From Anthoceros angustus (Eukaryota > Plantae > Anthocerotophyta), in the NCBI GenBank assembly GCA_010909165.1, contig VJWM01000223.1, positions 1 to 64,000 on the forward strand: DNA of 64,000 nt. The letters are read 5' to 3'. The first letter of the stretch is position 1. Each line of letters opens with the position of its first letter. The position numbers and the translations under genes were made by a program. Positions 1 to 13,100 of the stretch are shown one piece after another. Below the pieces are notes generated by a model. The model was given only the letters and a program-made list of their open reading frames with translations. It had not been told where the DNA came from and did no database searches.

Positions 1-269
1 CATCTGGCTTGACCTCCGACGGACCTTTGGTCTAAGGGATTGCACACATGTAATGTCGCCAAAAATGACCTTATTGCTAACCTCCCTATCCTCTACTCCC
101 ACCGAAAAAAAACAAGACTAAAACAGTCGCTGTGGAGTACGGACATCGGATTTGGCACCTACACCTCTCCAAGTCCGCTATTTCAAGTGAGTATTCAACT
201 TGACTTCAACAAATCTCATCGATCTGCCGACAGCTATCATCCACATATTGGGATCAAAATGAGCAAGCT

Positions 270-2976
270 TTGATCCTTAGCTTGCTTTGTAAGTAGAGGC
301 GATCCTCATCACTACGTTTGTAGCCTTGAGAAAGCATAAATGGAGTGGAACTTGTGATACCACTCTCCACAGTGCCTATTTCAAACCATAAAGGTTTCTT
401 ATAACGCACACCGATTCTCTTTGCCCTTCTCAACAAAACCTTTGTTGTCAGACAAGCGCCCTCTTGAGGTCACCATGCAAGAATGCCGTTTGACATCCAT
501 CCGCATAAGTTCCATAGCAACCAAAGCAAGAACACATCGCAGTTATCATTTGACCATGTGAGAAAATCTCATCAAAGTCAATGCCTAGTTGTTGCTTGAA
601 ACACTTAGCAACCAATCGTAGTACTTTGGTTTGCCATCAAGGGTATGACCTTCATCTTGTACACCCATTTGTACAGAGTGCTCTTATCTCAGCAACCAAC
701 TCCCAAGTTTGCCTTATGCAAATACGAGAGGACTATATGGCCTTCTCTTACTTTGTTACTCATTGACACGGCCTCTTTGTGAAGAGGGTTCTCCAACTGT
801 CAAAGATTACATAATCCGTAGATGGATCACCGCCGAGGGCGGTAATCCCGCTACCCACGAAGCGAGCACCTCTATAGGAGCTTGTTCGACCTTTAGTTCA
901 TCTACCGGTGGAGGGAATGTGCTCGCACCTACTCATCAACCCCGACATGATCGCGTCCATCTTCTTGAAGATCACCCTTCGTACCTCCAGGTTGGAGTAG
1001 GCTTCCTGCATCTTGTTCTCATTGAAACTGCTAGTAATGAACAACTTTTCTAGCTTCGGATCCCACAAACGATATCCATCCGGAATCACCATAGCCAAGA
1101 AAATACATTTCTTGGACTTAGCCAACTGGAAACTCTTGAACATGGCGTATGCCCGCGCCCAAACACCCAAATGCTTTTAGGATGGTTTCTTGACATAGCG
1201 CTGGAACTGCTCATCAACAACCATATATTAATAAATGCGGTAGACATCGCTCCCAAAACCCATTAGGCAATCCAGGTTTGACAACAAACTCGATCCTCTC
1301 CGAATGGTTCTGTTTATCCGCCTACCCATTTTGAGGAGACATAATTTTCGATTCCCTTAATCATTGCAGCCGGAAGCTTTCAAACATATACTCTCCATTA
1401 TGTCTCCATACTCAATACTGGCTGACCGATTCTCTATATGGTGACATTTCAAACACTATTTAAATTCATCCTTTTTCCTCAAAGGATAAACCCACACCTT
1501 GCGTGAGAAATCATCTATGAAAGTGACAAAATAGGAGCGCCCTAATGATGCGATGAGGCATAGGTCCACATACATCATCGCGGAACCAACTCAAGAGGTT
1601 TACTCCTACCTTTACCTCTTGTTCGATGTGATGATTTTATGCTTCCCATATAAACGTGCTCACACATCGAGATCAGAGAAGTTAAGAACAAGGATATAAC
1701 CAGAACGAGATAAAACCTTCATTCCCTTCTGAGACATATGTCCTAACCGGCAATGCCATAAGGAAACACTTGGCTGCTCTGTTACATAGATTATATGATC
1801 TTTGACAGTATTTACCTGAAGTAAGTACAAAGTGCCACACTTCGATCCACAAGCTAACACAAGAGAACCTTTGGAGATTTTCCAAGAGTGATCCCCAACC
1901 CAGCAGTGGTAACCAGCATAATCCAATTGTCTGCGCTAATCATGCTTTTTGTCAACTTCGGAACATGCCTAAAGTCCTTCAGCATGAATGAAGATCCGTT
2001 GTCAAACTTGAGCTGCACATCACCAACGCCTGCGATCTGGCATGCGTAGTTATTTCCAAGCCTAACACATCCTTTCCTTGTAGCATCATACGTGCTAAAC
2101 CACTCTCTATAAGGAGTAATGTGGAAAGATGCACCAGAGTCAATTATCCGATTCTTGGAATAAATGAATATCCCACGGTATTAATTATGCGGCAAAGAAG
2201 AGATAAGGACATCTCGTCCTCAGCAATTTAACTCTTCTAACTTTACATTCGAAGTTGCCTTCTTGTCGTCGCTTCTTCTCCTTTGGTCCTTTTGAACTTC
2301 TCGCACTCTCTTTGAAGTGACCCCTTTTGTGACAATAGTGACACTCACATTCTTATTACGACTACGAGATTTACTACGAGAAAAACACATCCGGTTGCTT
2401 CCTTGCGGGACCTCCCTCTCACTATGAGGGCCGGAACCTTTGGAAGGTTCCATATTTTCCTATTCACCTCCTCGGTTGGACTACCTTCTACATTTACAAT
2501 GGTAAGGCCACTAGAGAATTACTCGTAGTTGTGAAAGGTGTCCCAACTTTTCCGTAATGTGACCAAGAAACATAGCTCTCCTGGAAACGAGGGCGATACC
2601 TTGAGATGAAAGTCTGAAATGGTATTGAAATCGTTGAGATGATGGACATCCTCGTCCCTTCCTTCATCTTCAAGTCCACCATTTCAACAATACACACGAG
2701 AAGCCGCACTTTGCTTCTCACATCCTGCACATTCCCGCAGTCAGTAACTCGTGGTCTTATCTTTCACATTGAAGTACACTGTTTTGACAATGTTAGCATG
2801 ATAGTAGATCTAGCAAGCTCATCCAGTCCCGCCACTCATCCCGAGTCATACTATCGGTTTGACCTAACTTTATGGGCTTGATCTCGCACTAGAACATTAT
2901 ACACTTGTTCTTTCCGACGGAAGTTAGTACCATCTAACTTCTCGATATTGAACATGGCGTCTGATGAAGACATCAT
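270..2976 (-). mobile_element. Ty1/Copia gag-pol, frameshifted, truncated within RT; no LTRs or PBS recognised
   Basis: Minus-strand motifs in Copia order: gag start MMSSSDAMFNIEKLDGTNF (ATG 2976); protease IIDSGASFHIT (~2115-2150); GAG-pre-integrase LWHCRLGHMSQKGM (~1730-1770); integrase YFVTFIDDFSRKVWVY (~1490-1535); RT MDVKT/xAFLHGDL (~465-505) and WYHKF..FMLSQGYKRSDED (~300-365). Confidence 0.9.
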
Positions 2977-5649
2977 GACTAAAAATTGTCTGAATAAAAC
3001 ACTCGACTCGCCTTATCGAAAAGTCAAAGAAAAGTCACCGCCAGCGGCCTGGTATTGATTTGTCCAGAGTATTCCGAATATTTTGGCGACTGCTCGCCGC
3101 TGCTCGCATCCACGATTATTTCGTGCTGTGTTCTTGGGGGCTCCGCGCTCTCCCGTTGCGCTCCACGCCCAAATAGCCAGCGGCGTCAACCAAGAGGCAT
3201 GAAGGAATCCAAACACGTCACGAAAAGTGGTGGACCACACGGATAAGTTGATGGTGAACCAATAATGAGAGTCTAGATTACGGTTGTCTTTGTTTTATGC
3301 GGGTTGGTCCATTTGCACCAGCTACCTTAGCGAAATAGAGCCCGCGTGGAGGTTGTGGGATGAAGTGATTGACAAACCGGCATGGCTCATGAATTTGACG
3401 GAAGGGGAACCAATACTAACTTTGATGGAATGCCATACATAGTCTCGTAGAGGAAGGATTGATAAGTTATGGTGTTTTGCGTTACGGGTGGACAAACGAG
3501 ATCACTCCGTCAGAAACTCATGATCCCATCACCCAAGTCGGTCAAGTAGGCCAAGTGGTCGGTTGAGAGGGAGCATAGTCCCATCCGATCCATAGCATTT
3601 GAAGAGTAGTGGTGGAGTCGGAATGGAATATGAAATAGCGCCTAGCAAGAATGATGTGTTCTTGGCGGACATGGCGCATGTCGCTGATTTTGAGGAGAAG
3701 TTTAGGTGGGCAATCGATGAGATGGTGCTCAAGTACAAATCGAGTTTACACCGAGATGGCATTGAGGAAGATGAGCACGTTTCTTGCGAGAGGCGTTAAC
3801 GCGTGCTATCGGAAGCAAGGACCGAGATCTTGCAAGATGCGCGTGCTCGCCAAGGCAAGAATGGCCAAGAAGATGTTGAAGGTGGATGAGGTGGAAGAGG
3901 CGTCCGGTTCTACGGTGACACCATTACATACCGTGGATGAGATGTTCGCCAAATTCGCGAAATGTTTCCGTCCATAGAAAAGATTCGGAGTCGAAGTTCA
4001 CCATCAAGCATAACGAACCTCCGATCCGCCTTGAGGTTGAGGCAACGGTAAAGACACGCGTGTGAAGACAATGCGGGAAGCCGCCCAGATCTACATAGGC
4101 TCTCCCGGGAAGGCAAAGGAGGGTGATTGCCAATTTCTTGCATATGATGCACGCAGTGCGGCTGTGGAACAAGCCTATGAGATGGCCGAGCGGGTCATGA
4201 AGGCGATCTGACCGTGCCTATTGGGAGGAGCACAATTTGGTCGGGGGAGATGCCGTGAATAACCCAAGGTTTCATGGTAGAACCACCAACATACTCGGAT
4301 GAATCTGCGGAATTCCCCAAACAAAGGACATATGGCCAATAAGCGCCGCCACTAAAACAGCGGTGGAATGCCTTGCTGAGGGGGCACACAAAGCTTTCGT
4401 GTGAATGCGGTGGGGAAGCGAAAAGGAGCGTTGTCGCACGTGTGCCAAGACCGACATACTGAGCGGCGTGTTGGCAGCCCATCCCGAACTCAAGCCAAAG
4501 GCGGTAGGCGGATGTCGGCCAGAGGAGGGTACACTCGGGCGCTCCTCGGTGAGGTGCAGTGCAAGAAAAATTGGCCATGAGCGTAAGCAAGTTCGGTTGT
4601 CACCACGAGAGTATGATTCGGATCCGAGGTGTATGCACTAATGACCATGAGGTCGTTTGAGGATGACAGCCTTGACTTGGGAAGGCATGCGGAGAAAGAA
4701 GGCCGAGGAAAGGAATCACTCAAGATGCCCAAATCCTTGACGGTGAAGAAGACCGAATGCGGATGTAGAGAAATCACCTAGTGAGCTCATGCTTGAGAAG
4801 GTGATGGATGCCGTAATGAGTTTGCGTGACCTCGGGGTCAAAACACAACCATTGAGGCAAGCGTTAAAGGCCCGGATGCGTATGAGACTACGGGGCGTGA
4901 GGTGTCCGGATGTGTTTGGGTGAACACCTAAAGCTGCGCGCAGGGCAAGGGGCATTGCCATGGTGAAAAACCAAGGCCGAGGTGACGATCAACGGTTCGC
5001 CAACATGTGTTGGTGGACACGGGTGCGGACCGGTATTGCTCGGGCGTGCAAAGCCCTCATTGCGGAGATAAGCTCAAGCCATGTGATGTCCACATCACCA
5101 CATCGCGGAACCAAGGAACGAGTAATGGGAATGACCCGTGAGCCGACGCATAGAATTGCCGGAACCAAGGATGCCTCCATTGTCGGGTTCACCGCTGGTA
5201 TCTAACGCAAGGAACTATGACGTGTTACTTGGGGTGATGCCACACGGCCCAAGAATGGGGTAGATCCACTCGAGCATTTCTGAGCCACGATGGCGAGATG
5301 GAGATTTCACACGTGGCGGGATACCACTTGACATGAGGCGACGGATGAAAAATCAAATAGCATGGTGGCATTCACGGCTTGTTCGGCGGATGTTGTGCAG
5401 AGGCAAGTGGTTTGGGAAGAAACCCAGGATCTCATGCGGGAAGAGGTACAGGAGAGGATGTGGAGCCTGCAAGTGCATGTACATCAGGAAGAACCCCATG
5501 CTATCAGAGGCATTGTCTCGGGAGCTCACCCGACGGAGTCAGTCCAAGGCATGGAAGGCCTCCCACGGGCGTCCAGACAACCATATGCCTAAGAGAATTT
5601 GGATGATACCACCTTGAGGATCAACACGGCCGTGATTCGGTGGCAACCT

Positions 5650-6500
5650 GAGCGAGGCATACATCGATGGAGTTGTGTTCGTGGATCGAGCGGGCTTGAA
5701 GATTAAGAGTGGAATGCGAGTAAAGAAATACACGTGTGTCGAAATAGATGAGAAGGCACGCAAGAGTGTCGGGATCATCGGGATGCAAAGAGCGAGCATG
5801 GAAGCGGTGAAGGGATGTCGAGCAGCTGCCGTCCGATGTTAGCTTGGTGGGGAAAGCAGCTTGAAAGCCATCGGTGTCCGGTCGATGTGTTAGTTGCGGG
5901 ATGGGAATGCGGGACGCTTTCAGAGCTGGTTGTGGAAAGGGTGACGGTGTGGAGATGGCTGCGAAGTGATTAGGATTACAAATACTGAGCAACCCAACTT
6001 GGTACCTATTGGAGAATGTCTGGAGCATTAGACAAACGCGAGCACATCGTGAAGAGCTATGAAAGCTCGGATGGTGGCTAGGTGAGAATTTGTCATTGAT
6101 GCTGTCGGGTTCATATGCCCATCGCGGCGGAGTTTTTGGACCAACATCACCAGGTGGAGGTGTTGAGGCAACATCGAACGACCAAGCCGTAAAAAACGAT
6201 ACGTGGATGAGATTCGGGGCAGGCGGATGTTCTCGGTAGGTCGAAGGACGGACAAACCGTGCTTTCCAAAGAAACAAGATTGGGAAGCCGAGAAGGGCCC
6301 GCCCACGTAAGAACTGCCTTATGCCTTCCGCAGAGGTGGGGACGGCATGGTAGTGGATGTCGCCGGAACGAGTGGTGAGCCCACGGTGGCCGAGCGTGAA
6401 CGAGCCATGGGATTCGACGATGGGACATCACGCGAGGCATCTCCGGCATATCGCCGCAAGTTGCTCGGACAAGCATTCGACCGACTTGCTGCTACCGTTA
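5650..6500 (+). CDS. C5-cytosine DNA methyltransferase domain (DNMT3/DRM-like) inside Gypsy pol, frameshifted
   Basis: Motifs in unpermuted order: I-like MELCS (5667); II YTCVEIDEKAR (~5729-5761); IV VDVLVAGWEC (5881-5910, Cys TGC at 5908); VI WYLLENV (6000-6020); VIII GSYAHR.R.FWTN (~6108-6145); IX ERERAMGFDDGT and X RRKLLGQAFD (in ORF 6347..6700). Confidence 0.85.
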
Positions 6501-9199
6501 TTGAACGTGGTCACACAAATGGGCGGTACAAGACGGAGGTGAGGCACCTATTGGTACTCGAAGGCGAGTTTCCAAAGCATCGTGAAGAAGGTACATCGCG
6601 GACGCGACAATACAAGCCGAGATGGTGTGAATTGACACATGAGTGGCGGATATGCGAGGAACTAGAGCCGATCAACCGAGATCCGGATATGCTACGGTGA
6701 AACCGCCTTCGCTCGGTGAAAGTAGGCGGTATGATCGCATCAAATTCAAGATCACCACCACCACTAGTGAACCCGTGTTCGACGAAGGCACGAGTCCCAT
6801 GGAGTGGGACATCGTGAAGAAGATGCAAGGAATTGGCGGCTAGGGGCTAATTAGGAAGTCCACTTCACGCTGGCTACCGTGTTGCCATTGAAGAAGGATG
6901 AAAATGGCGAATGGAAGGCGGAGGATGTGTGGGGACTATCGTGCTCAATGAGGTGACGCTTATGGAACGATATCCTATGCCCACGGATGAAATTTTCGAT
7001 GCCATCGGCGCCAATTTCACTACGTTGGATTTCGATCTTCAATCGATTGTCATCGAGAGAAAGACAAGTGCAAGATGCCGGGGCAAAGACCAACTTTGGG
7101 AATGGGAAACGATGCCGTTTGGTCTAAAGAACGCGTCATATACTTTCGGTGGCGATTTGGAGCTGCAGGGGCTGCCGCTTTTACGATGCTACATCGATGA
7201 CATCTTGGTGTTTAGCAACCGAAGAACATCTCCAGACTGAGATTCTATTCAGAGGTTGGCCGATCGGGATTAAAGGCACATCCAAAAATGCAAGTTCGCA
7301 TATAAGGAAATAGAATACTTGGGACACAAGATAGTTCCGTGAGGGTGCTGCCTCGGTTGGCTAAGGTACGTGCAATTGATCTAATGCCTCGACCCGACGG
7401 CGTCAGCGTTGAGGGCATTCTTGGATGTCAACTACTATCGCCGCTTTGTCCGCAACATGAGTAGTGTGTGCAAAGCAATATGAATTGCTCAAGAAGGAGT
7501 GCCCGCATGGGAACAAGAGCAAGAACAAGAAGCGAGTTGAAGAACCAAGGCGGAAGGCCAATGTTAAAAGGCCGACTTTGAGAAGCCTTTGTCTTGTACG
7601 GATTGAGTCGGTGGTCTTGGGGCATGCTAGCTCAACAGACGAGGAAGGCAGAGGCGAGTCGTCATATGCGATAGGTCCAACAATGCCGCGGAGGCAAACT
7701 ACGTCATATGAAGGGAATGCTCAGCGGCCGTTTGGGCGGTTTACATTTCGAGTGTATTTGTTTGGTCGGAGCTTCGGTTGATCACGAGATCATCACCCTG
7801 GCGCTGATGACAAACATGAAATTGAGCGGAAACTTGCCGGATGGGCGCTTTGCTTTTGCGATATGCAGTTGTGCATCGAGCGGGCAAAGTGCATCTCAAT
7901 GCCGACTCGGCAGGAACCCGGTGCGACAAAGGTGATGCGGGAGCAAGGCAGACTTTGGATCCACTCAAGGCATGCCTGATTACTACATGGCCCTCATGTC
8001 CATAGAGCAAGAAGATGGAAGGCATCCGGAGGGAGGGAGACATCCGCGAATGAGCAAGCCATACATCTGCGGGAAGGACAGATCCGTATGGACTCTACAG
8101 TTACAACGGAAGATCATCGTTACACCTATGAAACGGCAAAGTATGGTGATGGATCGTGGAGTACTCAAGGAGGTACCACCCATAGGGAGAGGAAGCAATT
8201 GGCAACCAAGGTGCACATCACGCTTGGACACTTTGGGGTAAACGAACGCATCACATGTTGAAGAACGCCTACTTTTGGTCGTGGATGTATGCGGATGTTG
8301 AAAAGGTGGTGGCCAAGTGTGCGTGTGATGCTTAAGGCCGGGTTCAACCCGGGATGTGGTGTCGCGCCCATCGTGGGACTCTTCTTGATGGTCTCGACTT
8401 GATGCTGAGCTACCAATCACCAAGCGTGGCAGACGCATGTTGATGATCGAGCATTTTCAAAATGGGTGGAATTGGCCTTCCGCCGATTAGAAGTTCGCAG
8501 ATATCGCCCGAGCATTTCGCAATGTGTTCTCGGCAGATATGGTAGTTGTTGAGTGCTAATGACCAAGGCAATGAGTTTCGAGGAGAGTTTCAGCGTTCGG
8601 ATCGAAGCGATAGATCACGAACTCCCGAGATCACCCTCGGTGATTGGCGGAGCGATTAGTCACAGACTTTCAAGGATTCGCTGAAATATTGCATGGAGAT
8701 TGAGCCCGCTTGTTGGGATGAGCTATTGCCTTATGTGGCTCGGGATACCGAATCGCAAGCCGCTCTTGGCAACCAGTCAAGTATTACATCATGTTTGGCA
8801 AACGGTCATGCCAAACATAGTGGCGGAACTTACCTCAGCGTGGGTGGGCAGACGAAGGATGTCTTTCGAATTGCAAGCAAGAGCCGAGTTATTTCAGCGT
8901 GTGATGGTGGCCATGGACAACCTAGCCAGGATCGACTTGGTGCATTACTGTGGAGGTTCGTGGAAAGCAAAAGCAAGGAAGTTTGAGGTGGGTGACTTTG
9001 TTTTATCGCATCGACCCTCAACCACTTTGGACGTAAGCCTGGGCGCTTGATTTTGCGAGTGGTACGTCGGTGAACAAGGGGTGATTGAGTTGGAAGGGCA
9101 GGATGGCGAAGGTGTAAAGAGCACATGCGGCATTTGGCCCCATGCCATTTGCCCAATCTGACACGAGGACACAGCGCTGTGCTTCCGGAGACCACGATT

Positions 9200-9335
9200 G
9201 ATCTTGCCCAGCAGGTTCTGCGGCCGTGTCTACGATTGGAATTAATGCTGCCTACGACCAAATGCAAGGGTACCATATCTTTTGCCCTACGTGCCGCTCA
9301 AAATATTCCAGGCGATTGGTTTTGCCACCATTTTC
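9200..9335 (+). CDS. PHD finger at the C-terminus of the Gypsy integrase region, frameshifted
   Basis: Read across frames: DLA(C)QVCG...ELML.(C)DQC.KGYHIFCL..PL..IP.GDWFC, matching the C4HC3 PHD consensus (MLLCD.C..GYH..CL.PPL..IP.GDWFC). Confidence 0.75.
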
Positions 9336-9421
9336 CTGGCAGACAAAGTAGCTGGGGAAGCCAGGCGGCTCATGGTGGCGAGACTCGACCCAATAGGGGC
9401 AATAAAGTGAGGGCGTTCACA

Positions 9422-9642
9422 TGTCGCGCGGGCGATGCGGCGTAGGTGTAGAAATGATTGGGGGGTATACTGCTCGGTGTTTGGAGCCCTAAACGGCATC
9501 ATGGTGCTCAGGCAAAGAAGCTGGGGCATCGGGCCGGGGTGTGTGGCGAGAAGGCCAGCACCACGAGCGCGTGAAGACCTTGTAGCGGCGGGAGTCGTCT
9601 GGTCGCAGCGAGGTCGGAACTCTCACCGGGATGAACGATTGT
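9422..9642 (+). mobile_element. Probable 5' part of the 3' LTR of the DNMT-Gypsy
   Basis: Starts TGTCGCGC shortly after a purine-rich stretch (aataaagtgaggg) downstream of the PHD. The exact reverse complement GCGCGACA lies at 26215-26222. Confidence 0.5.
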
Positions 9643-10123
9643 GGGTGTGGATTCGTGTCCGAGGGGACAAGTGAGGTCCACATTCACCCCTCAATGTCGT
9701 TGTAGGCTTAGGATTCGCTCCCAAGGGAATGGTTTGTGCCAAGAGGCGCTAACTTCTATCATGACCTTCACCTAAGTCAAGACTTGCACTGTACTCCTCT
9801 TACCTATCTACTCAACCACTACTACCCCCTTGTCTAGCCACCACGGCTCTTATTCCACGACCGCCCTCTCATTCCACGACCCGGTGCTCTCACCGGTAGT
9901 TGCTACCACCGGTGGGTCCACACCCAAACCCTAGCGACTTATTTCCGGCCGCGCGCGGATCTGCCAGGCGTCCAGCGCGGATCCGGCTTTATTCGCACTC
10001 CACACACACACACCGATTCCTAGGGACCTAAATTCCACAAATCCCTCACGCTCCACACACACACAAAGGCGCCACACTCACACAACTTTACAAGGGCAGC
10101 TGTTCCCCTTGCGCCTTCCACCA
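9643..10123 (-). mobile_element. Truncated second copy of the Athila-like element (PBS, leader, start of gag)
   Basis: Near-identical to 19546-20019, including the PBS-like minus-strand TGGTGGAAGGCGCAAGGG (~10104-10123). Confidence 0.85.
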
Positions 10124-13100
10124 ATGGTTTGGTTTCTTTTGGATTCACACAATCTCCTTTAGCCTCTCAATTAGTTCCCCTTCTCAACCCCTCTCACACC
10201 TCGCGCATCTGATGTTTAGTCACTCCTTCACCCAATCTTCTCCTCTCTCTCTCTCCCTCAACTTTGCTTCCAACCATCCACTCAACACTTCTCAATTGAA
10301 CACAACTAGCGAGGACAAGTGTGAAGGAAAGAAGAACCCCAGGCGTCACGGCGGCGTTGAGCAAGCTCCGGACCGCGCCAATCCCTTGGTTTCCTCCTCC
10401 TTTGTCGGCCAAGATTGCTTTCACCCCTCCTCCCAGTGCGGAGCAAGCTCCGGACCGCGCCAATCCCTTGGTTTCCTCCTCCTTTGTCGGCCAAGATTGC
10501 TTTCACCCCTCCTCCCAGTGCGGAGCAAGCTCTCGACCACCCTAGGGCGTCTCGCCACCGCCTCTCAATCGGACGTCTCCAACCAGCCACACAGGCGTGG
10601 GGATCTCAACCGAGTGCTCGGCGTGAGGGACCTAATTCGCCCCTCTTATACATCGGTGGGGCACCACCGGATTTTAGGTCCTAAGATGGCTATCGCGAAG
10701 AGGCGCCCACAATTCGGGCGATCCTAGGTCGATCGGCATCTAACCAAATTATCTTTAGGTTGCTACCACCTCATGTCTGCGCGCCCTACCTCGACTTGGC
10801 GTCGGCCTCGTCCTCCATTCTGCCGCCACGAGCTCTGCCACGCTGGTGGACGGGTTCTCCCACTACTTCCACCTCACATCGCTGCTGGGCGTCCGAATTT
10901 GAGGTGTACCCTGCCACAGGGCTTCGCATCTTCCCTATTCTTTGAGGATTATTCGGCTCCTCGTCCACCCAAGCTGGACCTCCTCCTCGCTCAACTCCTC
11001 CAAAGTCGCCTCCGCATAATAGGAGCCAACCCCCACCGGCGCGGTAGAAGTATGCACCGGGTCCTCACTTGCATGGGTAGGCCACGATCCCTCCTATTTC
11101 CACACGCACATGGGCGGTGAGGTTAAGCCGCGTTCTCCATTCACATATAGACCGGGCACATAAGTTTCCTCATCCATGTGCCGTAATATAATAGGACCCC
11201 TATGCGGTGAGGTGCTTACCCCCTCCTCCCGTAGGCTACACAGTTGCACGGCCTATGTCCTCGCGGCGCCACGTCGCATCCATCGCCCCGGCCTGCACCT
11301 TCGGGTTGGTTGCGCCAATGTCGGTGGCGGTTTCGACTACGCGGTAGTGGACTCCACGGCCTCGTTCGTTCGGCAACCGGTAGGTGAGGTTTCGGCTACC
11401 TCGGTTCTTTGCTTCCTTCGGTGTCCGCTACTCGATCGTGGTCACGCTACCGCTTCCCCTTCCCTTTGTCTTTTACGGCCCGGCCCGTGCCTCATCCGCT
11501 CCGCTTATATCGCTCCGCTAGCTTATGGGCCTTTTCCAGAGGCTTCACGCTCTGGGCTCGCAACAACTCCCCACCATCTCTGGTTCGCCTCGTGGGCATC
11601 CTTAATTTGAGCCATGAGTGCTTCCTGGCTCGTCATGGCTTGCAACTTCTCACAGGCCTGCACAAATCTTCTTGAATCTTGGCCCTTATTTCCTCTAGGT
11701 TCCGCTTGTCTTCCTCCATTGCTTGCGCTTGGCCTCCTCTTCGTCAAACGGCCTTCACCACTTCCTCCGTCGCACCGAGCCGGTGAGAGCTAAAGCGCTT
11801 GATCCAACAAATGCTTGGGCCGGATCATCGGCGTGGTCGGCTCACGCAAGTCCACTTGTTGTGGCCCCGGCGCCATCCCTCATCGAGAACTTTCCTCCCA
11901 GTGCGCACCCTCACCAATTCGGTTGCATCCACCTCTGTTGCGGTGGAGTCCCTTGAAAATCTCTTCCCATCTTTGAGGAGGGTCCGCCTCGAGGTCGACC
12001 CTAAACCCTCGGAGTTGATTCATCATCGCATCCGTCGCAAAATTGTCCTCGGATCGCGCCTCCTCTTCGCCACCTCAAGCTGCCGTTTGGCTTTCATTTT
12101 CATGTAGCCTTGGCGACCTTTGTGGCGCGCATCCGCCTTCACCTTTTTATGCCGCCTTCACCCCGGTCTTCCTCCTTTTCTTTGGTGGGAATTTCCTTCT
12201 CCTCCTCCAGGCACTGTCGCCACTCCCGGCTATCCGATTTTTCCTCCTTGGGCTCCTCCGCCTTCCATTTCACCTCCCTAAGCTTCCACATGTGGAGGAG
12301 GCTACAATCTCCACCTCGGCGGGGCGGTTAGCGTAAACATAAAGATGGACGGAAATGGTGAGATTAGAGGCGGGGGGAGGAAATCAAGTTCAACCTCTCT
12401 TCACACAACTTGTCGAAGAGAATTACTCGATCTTCGCCCCTTGACCACTTCATGAAGGAGCGGCGGCGGCAAGTGGTCGGACAAATAATCGCTTCTTGTC
12501 TTTGCGAAACATAGGAGCCATCGGCGGACCCATCAAGCTGTTGCCAAATCCCTCGTCAACCGGCCGTTGGGTTCATTCGCCCGCTTTAACGGGCTGCTGC
12601 TTCTTCTTTGCTTCTTTTCTGGGCTCCATCACCAACCCGCCCGCCTCCTCCTTGCCCGCCCATACACCCTTCTAACCACTCCGGTCCCAATCCTGCGGCT
12701 CTAAATCCCCCGCTGGTTCATCGCCGGTGGCGCACACTCCTGCCAGTCCAGTTCATGTAATTCCACCGCTCTTCCATGAAACCCGGCTTGACTCCTTCAC
12801 GGCTCCCATCGAACTTTCCAATGATCCATGTTCGGCCATTGGGCAAGCACAATTTGTGGTGACCTTGGCGCCATCCTCTCACGGTCTCGCGCCTCCGCGC
12901 CACCTCGCTGCGAATTTCACGGAGGTCGGTCTCGGGGTTCCTACCTCCTCGGCAAGGGCGCGTCTGTCGCGCCTTCCTCCTCCTGCGTCGCGCCTCGCGA
13001 TATCGGCAGCGGGGTTGAGCTCCTTCCCGTCGTTGCGCCTCGCGCCCTCCTGCGATCACGGTGCCCCGGACCGGCTCCTCGACTTCGTCCCGCCGCGTCG

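Larger units (their letters stand above)
3260..9421 (+). mobile_element. Ty3/Gypsy internal region (gag-PR-DNMT-RT-RH-IN-PHD), frameshifted
   Basis: Gag zinc-knuckle-like RCRTCAKT.H..CW..HPEL (~4430-4490); protease VLVDTGAD (5007-5030); RT LNEVTLMERYPMP, MPFGLKNA and CYIDDILVFS (YIDD 7190-7201); RNase H-like ~7550-7900; integrase HFG...YFWSWMY.DV, KWVE, FQGEF-like ~8200-8900. Left boundary approximate. Confidence 0.85.

Noticed and set aside
1-270. Possible LINE endonuclease fragment abutting the truncated Copia RT
   Set aside because: Only vague resemblance (WLDLRRTFGLRD..., SHR); no diagnostic motif I can support.
2977-3300. Copia PBS and 5' LTR
   Set aside because: No TGGTATCAGAGC-like PBS or TG..CA repeat found; the boundary with the Gypsy is unresolved.
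5621-6277. 218 aa minus-strand ORF
   Set aside because: Antisense to the DNMT domain; no recognisable motifs.
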